A stretch of DNA of 59,671 nt from a virus (lineage: Duplodnaviria > Caudoviricetes), in the IMG/VR virus record IMGVR_UViG_3300032332_000896, positions 1 through 59,671 of that record. The stretch is one strand, 5' to 3'. The notes under the pieces were generated by a model. The model had not been told where the DNA came from and did not search any database. It was given only the letters and a program-made list of their open reading frames with translations. Made by a program: the position numbers and the translations under genes. Positions 53,783-59,671 of the stretch are shown piece by piece. Numbering within the stretch: the stretch's first letter is position 1; each line of letters begins with the position of its first letter.

Positions 53783-55090
53783 TCACCACGAATAGACGAT
53801 GCAGTAGCCAGCTCCACCCACGCCGCCCGCGCCGCCGACGCCGGGGTTCATGCCAACGCCACCGCCGCCGCCGCCTCCGCCACCGATGCCACCTGCACCG
53901 CCAGCGGCGCCTGCGCCAGATGCGGTGACGGTCGTGCCGCCGCCGCCGCCGCCATAGCCGCCACGGCCTGAGTTCGCGTTGGTGCCTGCCACGCCAGCCG
54001 TGGCCGGGCCGTTAGAGCCAGCCGTGCCGCCACCGCCCGCTGTATACGCGCCAGATCGCCCTCCAGCGCCGCCCAGTACGTTTGACGGGCCAGAGGCTGC
54101 GTGGCTACCGCCCGCGCCGCCACCGCCGCCGCCACGAAGGCTTGAGCCACCGAGAGAGTTGGCGATAGGCGCGGCGGCAATACCCGCGCCCGCGCCGCCG
54201 CCCCACTCAGCGTTGCCTGTCGTGGAGACTGCAACGGTGCCCGTAACGCCCGAACCGCCCGTGGCGTTGGTCGCGGCAGTCGGGAGACCGCCCGTGCCGC
54301 CTGCGGTTGTTCCAATGCCGCCTGCACCTCCCCAACCACCACCACCGCCGCCGCCAGTAACTGCGCCAGTGATTGCGCCGCCGCGTCCACCGCCACCACC
54401 AAAAGCCGTGATCCACGTTCCGAATGTCGAGCTACCCCCGACACCGCCGTCGCCTCCCGCCGCGCCTGCCGTAGACGCTGCGCCTGCCGTGCCGCCCGCG
54501 CCAATTGTAACCGTCTCGGTCGCACCTAGATCGCCAGCCTTGAACTGGAAACGCATAGCTGCGCCGCCACCGCCGCCACCGCCACCTTTGGCATCAGCTG
54601 CGGTCGCCAGAGATGCACCGCCGCCACCGCCACCGCCCGCGCCGATAATCTCGACCACCACAGTCGATGCGCCCGCAGGCTTCGTCCATGTGCCGCCCGT
54701 GCCGTTGAACTCCTGCACGTTCACCGCGTTGGCAATCGTCGAGAACATCGGGGTAAACCCCGCACCCTCGGTGTATTGAACGCCAGTTCCGGGCGTGAGG
54801 GTGAACACAGCGACGTTGAGTGAAGTGGTGCCGTCAGTGTGTGTGACCTGAACGGCGCACGACAGGGAGGCATCGCTGTTCCAGATCGTCATGCCACGAA
54901 TGTTCCGCTGCGTGGATGCAGCAGGTGACGCCACCACGTCAGTCGTCGCCGCCGACGCGATGGCGGTGTTGGTCCGCCCCGGCGTGACAGTCGTGCCGTT
55001 GAGGTCCACCCACGCCGCCTGAACCTTGATGGTCGCAGCCGTCGATGTAGTGATCGAAATCTTGTCGGACGTGCTTGCGAGCAAGAGCAT
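53783..55090 (-). CDS. Glycine-rich fibre-like protein
   Basis: GTWTKPAGA..V.VE.IGAGGGG ... GG.GYCIVYSW. Confidence 0.75.
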   Translation of the reverse strand: MLLLASTSDKISITTSTAATIKVQAAWVDLNGTTVTPGRTNTAIASAATTDVVASPAASTQRNIRGMTIWNSDASLSCAVQVTHTDGTTSLNVAVFTLTPGTGVQYTEGAGFTPMFSTIANAVNVQEFNGTGGTWTKPAGASTVVVEIIGAGGGGGGGASLATAADAKGGGGGGGGAAMRFQFKAGDLGATETVTIGAGGTAGAASTAGAAGGDGGVGGSSTFGTWITAFGGGGGRGGAITGAVTGGGGGGGWGGAGGIGTTAGGTGGLPTAATNATGGSGVTGTVAVSTTGNAEWGGGAGAGIAAAPIANSLGGSSLRGGGGGGAGGSHAASGPSNVLGGAGGRSGAYTAGGGGTAGSNGPATAGVAGTNANSGRGGYGGGGGGTTVTASGAGAAGGAGGIGGGGGGGGGVGMNPGVGGAGGVGGAGYCIVYSW

Positions 55091-55093
55091 GGA

Positions 55094-55342
55094 TTAGAAC
55101 CCTTCCGCCGCGAGGCGCTCGACCAGAACACGGACATCGTTTGCTGGCCCACCAGTGTCCGCAATGGTGAGCGTATTGCCTTCCTCAGGGAAGCGCACGC
55201 GGTCTTCCAGATAGACAGCGCGAGCGAGCGCCTTGAGCGTGAGCTTGTCATTGCTCTTCAGCAGGGGCTGGGGAATGGCATCGCCTGTGTCGGGTGTAGC
55301 GAGGTAGTCGTCGCCGTCTACGGTGATTGTCCAGATGGCCAT
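55094..55342 (-). CDS. Hypothetical protein
   Basis: AGGAG RBS. Confidence 0.6.
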   Translation of the reverse strand: MAIWTITVDGDDYLATPDTGDAIPQPLLKSNDKLTLKALARAVYLEDRVRFPEEGNTLTIADTGGPANDVRVLVERLAAEGF

Positions 55343-55350
55343 TGTAGCTC

Positions 55351-55794
55351 CTACGATTGCGTGAAAACGCCAGAGGCGTTGATGGTGACGGTAAGCGTGC
55401 CTGCCGTAGTCGAGACTGATCCGCCGCCCGTTTCAAGATCGACCCACGCCAGCAGGTTTTTGTTGGCGGTCGTGTTGTCATAGATGATCGCGTACTTTGC
55501 GGTAATCGTCGAGGCGGTCCACGCCTGATCGTCCACATCCCATGTGATTGTGCCGACCGACTGCGTCCATGTCGCGGTCAGTGCCTTGCCACCAGTCGTA
55601 TAGCCGCCGCCAGATGTCACCTCTGCCGTCAGGTCCGAATAGCGGCAGTCCGACGTGCCACCTATGAATGTCGATGTGATCGCCTGCGCCGAGGTCGTCA
55701 GCGCCATCTTGTAGGCGTTATTATCAAGGTCGAACGTACCGTCCGACAGTTTCTTCTTTGCGATGTTGAATACCGCGAAGCTACCAGCTGGCAT
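55351..55794 (-). CDS. Virion structural protein
   Basis: K.AL...E....GYT.GG.AL ... WTASTITA.YAIIY ... GT.T...NASG.F. Confidence 0.7.
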   Translation of the reverse strand: MPAGSFAVFNIAKKKLSDGTFDLDNNAYKMALTTSAQAITSTFIGGTSDCRYSDLTAEVTSGGGYTTGGKALTATWTQSVGTITWDVDDQAWTASTITAKYAIIYDNTTANKNLLAWVDLETGGGSVSTTAGTLTVTINASGVFTQS

Positions 55795-55807
55795 TTATAT
55801 TCTCCGA

Positions 55808-58297
55808 TCAATTGTTGGTTGAAGGCAGGACGCGACGTGCGCGTTTCTTGCCAGTTACGGGGTCAACTTCGATCTCGACCGGGGCCGACATCAGCTCGTG
55901 CAGTTCGCGCATACGTTTTGCCGCTGAACTTTCTTTGATGATGGGCGCGGCGTCGGAAGTGCCATCATCATTGTCGTCTACGCTGGACTCTTCGAGCGTC
56001 GCGTTGTGGATGCGGCTTGCGTGCCTGAGCTTCATGCGCTCGATGCCGACCTTGGCCTCCAGCTCAGCGCGCTGCAGCGCCATCTCCTGCTGGCGGAACT
56101 CCAGCTCAGCGCGCTTGATCTCCAGCTCCATCCGCCTGATCTCGGTGTCGGCCTGCAGCTTTTGCATGTCGGCGTCGATCTTGAGCTTGTCGTTGGCCTC
56201 GCGCATCTGCGTCTCGCGCGCTCGCAGCGTGGCTTCCTGTGAGGAGTTCATCTGCTCCATCTGGGCGCGAGCCATTTCGATCTTGACCCACTGGTTCTCG
56301 ACTTCGAGCTTCTGGTTTGCGCCCTGCACCTTCGACATATCGACCTGCGACTTCATTGAGCCGTGCTGCATCTCCATCTGCAGGCGTTGCGTGTCCATCT
56401 GCAGGCGTTGCTGCTCTATGGCCATTTCCATCTGCACCTTCTGAAGGTCGGCCTGCAGCTTGGCGTTCTCGGCCTTCGCCTTCTCCTCTTCGGGATTGGG
56501 CTGGGGCGGCATCTCGGCGATCATCTTCTGCATCTCGGAGACGAGCGCTGTCGGCAGGGGCGAGAACTCCAGAAACTTCATCCACACCGAAGGCGGCAGG
56601 TTAAGCTTCGAGAGCACGGGCGCTCCAAACATCATCAGGAACTGGAACACCTTGTCCTTCTGGTTCGGTCCTGTCGGCGCTTCGTCGACGATGGTGTCGA
56701 AGCGCGCCGTGTTCGGATCACGGAGCAGTGGCAGGTACTGCACGTTGCCGGTGCGCCCGACAATGCGGACCAGACGGCCATCGGTCATGTACTTCTGGAT
56801 CAGCTTGAGCAGGTGACGGCCATGCACCTTGCGGTAGCGGCGCAGTGAGTTGAAGAAGGCTTTCAAGACACCGTAGGCGGCTTCCTTGCGCTGCACGTCG
56901 ACGACGCCAGCCTGCTCGCGGTCGATGATGCCGAGCATCTCGTTGTTCACACCAGAGACGCCTTGGACGGCTTCCTGTGCGATGGCGAGCAGCTTGTCGA
57001 TGCCCGGAGGCGTTTGGGCGATGGGCTTGGGCATGACACGCGGGCTTGAGCCCAGCGAGCCCGGCTTGAGCCATACAATGCTGTCGCTTGCGGCCCAGTC
57101 GAGCTTGGCCTGCTCCGGGTCTTCAAACGCATCCATCTCGGCGAGCAGTCCACCCTTGGCGTTGTTGTCGATGATGCGCTGGGTCTGGCTGATCTGTTTG
57201 TTGAGCAGCTTCTGCGGCTCGATCATCGGGCGCACGATGCCGTACCAAACACCCTTGGTCTCATCGAGCTTGCCGGTCACGAACTTGTAAGTGAACTCTT
57301 CATCTGGGAGTTCGGTTGCTTCGAGGATGCGGTCGCCAACACGGAAGGCGCGATAGTAGCGGCGGCGCTTAACGCTGAAGCTTGACGCTTCCAGATCAGG
57401 CATCGCCTGAATGATGCGCTGATAGGCTTCGTCGCCCAGCTCTTCGATCTGCCCCGTGTTCGGGTTGAGCACGCGCCAGACTTTCTCCAGTTCCCACCAT
57501 TGGTATTCGGTGATCCAGACGTTGTCGCTCTCGGTTTCATCATCGCCCTGACCGCCCGCATAGGCCGAGCCCGGAAACCTGCGCTCCAATCGGCCTGTCG
57601 AGTTTGTTGCCCGGCCACTCTCGCCCTCGACGCCGAAGCGCAGCTTGGCTTCATCCGGCCCGAACGGTTTGCGACGACGGATGTACTGGGCATCCGTCGC
57701 GCCGGGGCGACGTGCTGACGCATCGATCCGCATCTCCAGTGGCGAGACGCGCATGATGAGGGCAACGCCTTCTGGGTCAGTCTCATAGTCCATGCGGGTT
57801 TCGGTGAGACCGATGCCGCAGATCACGCAGTCCCTGAATGCTGCGCTCTCCTCGTCAGCCGCGTCGCACTCATCCCTGACCCAGTCAGCTGCTGCCGTGA
57901 ACATCTCATTGACGACGGCGTCCTGTGCCTGCCCCGTCTCGTCCTTGGTCGCCATCTCGCGCGGGTAGTAGCGAACTTCCTGACGATTGGTCATCTCCGA
58001 ACCGCAGACAGCCGACACGATAGCGTCGATGCGGTTCACCGAGATGATATTGAGGCGAGCGTCGTCAGCCGCCTCCTCGGCGTCCTTGTCCCACTGGCGA
58101 CCAGCGACGATGTCGAACGCTTCGCGGGCCTCATCGACCCATGCTGTCCAGTGCCCATCGAGGCGCTTGTCCCAGTCGTTGAATTGCTTCGTGAGCTTGC
58201 CGTCTTCGAGGCGCGGGTCTTCCTCGCGCTCGCGCAGCTGCGCCTGTGCGGGGGCGGTCGCCACCATGCCAGTGCCGTTGGCGTATCCAGTTTCCAT
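55808..58297 (-). CDS. Portal protein (P22-like) with long C-terminal coiled coil
   Basis: F..VAG.QW, NRI...V..V.G.E..NR, F.D.VICG.G, YG.VR.M..PQ...NK, VSGVN...LG, FD.IVDE.P. Confidence 0.9.
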   Translation of the reverse strand: METGYANGTGMVATAPAQAQLREREEDPRLEDGKLTKQFNDWDKRLDGHWTAWVDEAREAFDIVAGRQWDKDAEEAADDARLNIISVNRIDAIVSAVCGSEMTNRQEVRYYPREMATKDETGQAQDAVVNEMFTAAADWVRDECDAADEESAAFRDCVICGIGLTETRMDYETDPEGVALIMRVSPLEMRIDASARRPGATDAQYIRRRKPFGPDEAKLRFGVEGESGRATNSTGRLERRFPGSAYAGGQGDDETESDNVWITEYQWWELEKVWRVLNPNTGQIEELGDEAYQRIIQAMPDLEASSFSVKRRRYYRAFRVGDRILEATELPDEEFTYKFVTGKLDETKGVWYGIVRPMIEPQKLLNKQISQTQRIIDNNAKGGLLAEMDAFEDPEQAKLDWAASDSIVWLKPGSLGSSPRVMPKPIAQTPPGIDKLLAIAQEAVQGVSGVNNEMLGIIDREQAGVVDVQRKEAAYGVLKAFFNSLRRYRKVHGRHLLKLIQKYMTDGRLVRIVGRTGNVQYLPLLRDPNTARFDTIVDEAPTGPNQKDKVFQFLMMFGAPVLSKLNLPPSVWMKFLEFSPLPTALVSEMQKMIAEMPPQPNPEEEKAKAENAKLQADLQKVQMEMAIEQQRLQMDTQRLQMEMQHGSMKSQVDMSKVQGANQKLEVENQWVKIEMARAQMEQMNSSQEATLRARETQMREANDKLKIDADMQKLQADTEIRRMELEIKRAELEFRQQEMALQRAELEAKVGIERMKLRHASRIHNATLEESSVDDNDDGTSDAAPIIKESSAAKRMRELHELMSAPVEIEVDPVTGKKRARRVLPSTNN

Positions 58298-58313
58298 GCG
58301 TATCCCCGCAAAT

Positions 58314-58342
58314 GAAAACGCCGCCCATTGCTGAGCGGCGTT
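58314..58342 (-). terminator. Hairpin upstream of portal
   Basis: AACGCCGC-N10-GCGGCGTT with TTTT on minus strand. Confidence 0.5.
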
Positions 58343-58369
58343 CTGATGTCTGCTACAACTGCTACAGTG

Positions 58370-58747
58370 CTACATGCCGCCCGGAGGCATGCCGCCGCCG
58401 CCCATCGGGGGCGCACCGCCCGGAGGCATGCCGCCTTGAGGAGGCGGGCCACCGCCGCCCTGCAGCTTCTGCATCACGATCTTCTGGGCCGTCATCAGGA
58501 TGTCCTGATCGGGCACGTCAGGATGCTGCTGCTTGAGCTGCTGGGCCACCTGCATGATTGCCTGCTGGATCATCTGCGGATCGGGGCCTTGGCCCTGTAG
58601 TGGCTGTCCCTGCCCCATTGGCGGGCCACCGGGAGGCGCTCCCATTGGCGGGGCGCCACCGCCCATTGGCGGCATTGGCGGGGCCTGCCCCATAGACGGG
58701 CCAGATGGTCCGCCCATTCCGGGCTGCATCTTGTCGAGGAGTCCCAT
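58370..58747 (-). CDS. Pro/Gly/Met/Gln-rich low-complexity protein
   Basis: AAGGA RBS; MGLLDK start; PPMG repeats flanking a short helical core. Confidence 0.65.
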   Translation of the reverse strand: MGLLDKMQPGMGGPSGPSMGQAPPMPPMGGGAPPMGAPPGGPPMGQGQPLQGQGPDPQMIQQAIMQVAQQLKQQHPDVPDQDILMTAQKIVMQKLQGGGGPPPQGGMPPGGAPPMGGGGMPPGGM

Positions 58748-58788
58748 GTTGTATCCTTCGGGGTTTCCTCAACGCGGGATGCGTGAGG

Positions 58789-59013
58789 CTATTTACGACG
58801 AAGCGGCAGGAAAGCCGCGTCAATCATCTGTGCAGCGCAACGAGCGCAAATGTATTCAGCTTTCGGGGTTGACCCGAGCGGATCGGTGATGACCCGCTTG
58901 TCGATCACATGAGCCGCCTGCATCAACACGTGCGTGTTCAGGACATCGGTTCCGATGTTGCCGTGCTTCGGGCAAGAGAACTCGGCGGCCTCAGACTCTT
59001 TTTGCTTCGGCAT
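58789..59013 (-). CDS. Small Zn-finger-like protein
   Basis: CPKHG ... CARC. Confidence 0.55.
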   Translation of the reverse strand: MPKQKESEAAEFSCPKHGNIGTDVLNTHVLMQAAHVIDKRVITDPLGSTPKAEYICARCAAQMIDAAFLPLRRK

Positions 59014-59332
59014 AGTGCGGTAGCTCCAGCTCTTCATCGTTGAGTCGACGCAAGAACCCGGCAGGCTTGTATGGCCGCTTCGGATGTCCTGTCGACGCCC
59101 TGTCCTTCTCGTCGCGCGGTCGCGTGTGGTCCTTGAACCACTGCTCCATTGCGGCGATGCCCTCGGCAATCTCTTCAGCTGTCGGATCACCACGATGGTC
59201 GCCCATGCGCGGCTTGATCCAGCGCTGGCAGACGATCTTGTCGTTCTCGGACCTGCACTCCAGCAGGACGTGGACCTGTCGCCCCATGTTGTGCGTGTAG
59301 GGGAGGAACACCAGACCGTCAGAGATAATCAC
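58991..59332 (-). CDS. Hypothetical protein
   Basis: GTGA overlap. Confidence 0.55.
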   Translation of the reverse strand: MIISDGLVFLPYTHNMGRQVHVLLECRSENDKIVCQRWIKPRMGDHRGDPTAEEIAEGIAAMEQWFKDHTRPRDEKDRASTGHPKRPYKPAGFLRRLNDEELELPHYAEAKRV

Positions 59333-59544
59333 CTCGGCATCCTCGCGAGCATCAGCTTGAACACGGCATAGGGCCAGACGGACGCGATGATTGCGGAGAA
59401 CACGAGCCCCAAGGCGAACGCCCTGAACCCGGAAGCGACTTGGCCATTCCTCGTGATGATGATGACGCCATTGAATAGCATGTAGGACACGACCGACAGG
59501 CCGATGATGTACCAGACACCGATGAAGGTCAGCGCGTCGTTCAT
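59329..59544 (-). CDS. Two-TM membrane protein
   Basis: MNDALTFIGVWY... starts just after the 1-438 stop across the junction. Confidence 0.6.
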   Translation of the reverse strand: MNDALTFIGVWYIIGLSVVSYMLFNGVIIITRNGQVASGFRAFALGLVFSAIIASVWPYAVFKLMLARMPR

Positions 59545-59548
59545 GCCG

Positions 59549-59671
59549 CTACTCCCACTCAAACGCTCCGACCACCTCTTGTGGTTCGGCGAGGTCATGC
59601 ATCCTCAGCCACGTCAGAAGATTGCGCGCCATCTTCATCGACCACGCCTCGTTGTCGCGGTTCTGGTGGAG
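59549..59671. repeat. Exact terminal direct repeat, copy 2
   Basis: Identical to 1-123. Confidence 0.95.

Larger units (their letters stand above)
1..59548. mobile_element. Complete podovirus-like Caudoviricetes genome, probable alphaproteobacterial host
   Basis: Terminase, portal, scaffold, MCP, tail, ejection, lysis, replication and recombination modules; circular overlap; GcrA-like gene. Confidence 0.93.

Noticed and set aside
53783-55090. Collagen or PE-PGRS protein
   Set aside because: No strict Gly-X-Y periodicity or PE domain; fits the common phage glycine-rich domain.
56372-56436. 21-bp tandem repeats in the portal gene as a regulatory VNTR
   Set aside because: They simply encode heptad QRLQM repeats of the portal coiled coil.

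Overview
The window is an apparently complete ~59.5 kb circularly permuted dsDNA tailed-phage genome: bases 1-123 recur exactly at 59549-59671. Podovirus-like morphogenesis is indicated by a P22-like portal, N4-gp56/DUF4043-type major capsid, tail tubular proteins, ejection proteins, a tail spike and no tape measure. An alphaproteobacterial host is likely, based on a GcrA-like gene and TTGACG-17-TAGATA promoters. Layout: (i) a long minus-strand late arm running terS/terL (3-4 kb) through the origin to portal, scaffold, capsid, tail, ejection and lysis genes (59 to 21 kb); (ii) a plus-strand array of ~20 small early genes (4.6-10.7 kb) punctuated by repeated promoters; (iii) a minus-strand replication arm (Cro-like HTH, DUF2303, PcfJ, MTase, iteron-containing initiator, DnaA domain IV, GcrA-like, then a non-canonical tRNA-CAT); (iv) a plus-strand recombination arm (Gp157-like, Bet, HNH). 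I found no integrase, CI repressor, polymerase or helicase. Most notable: a divergent lidless Hsp70/DnaK translationally coupled between a 4-TM coiled-coil protein and a membrane-tailed endolysin inside the lysis cassette; an Acb2-like anti-CBASS sponge; a recurring G-L-L-x-R/K motif on putative internal virion proteins, one carrying an HsdS-like domain; a degenerate tRNA with an alternative fold; and a genome-wide TGTCGCCCC-N2-TTGAC promoter signature. All family assignments are from motif recognition by eye, not database searches.
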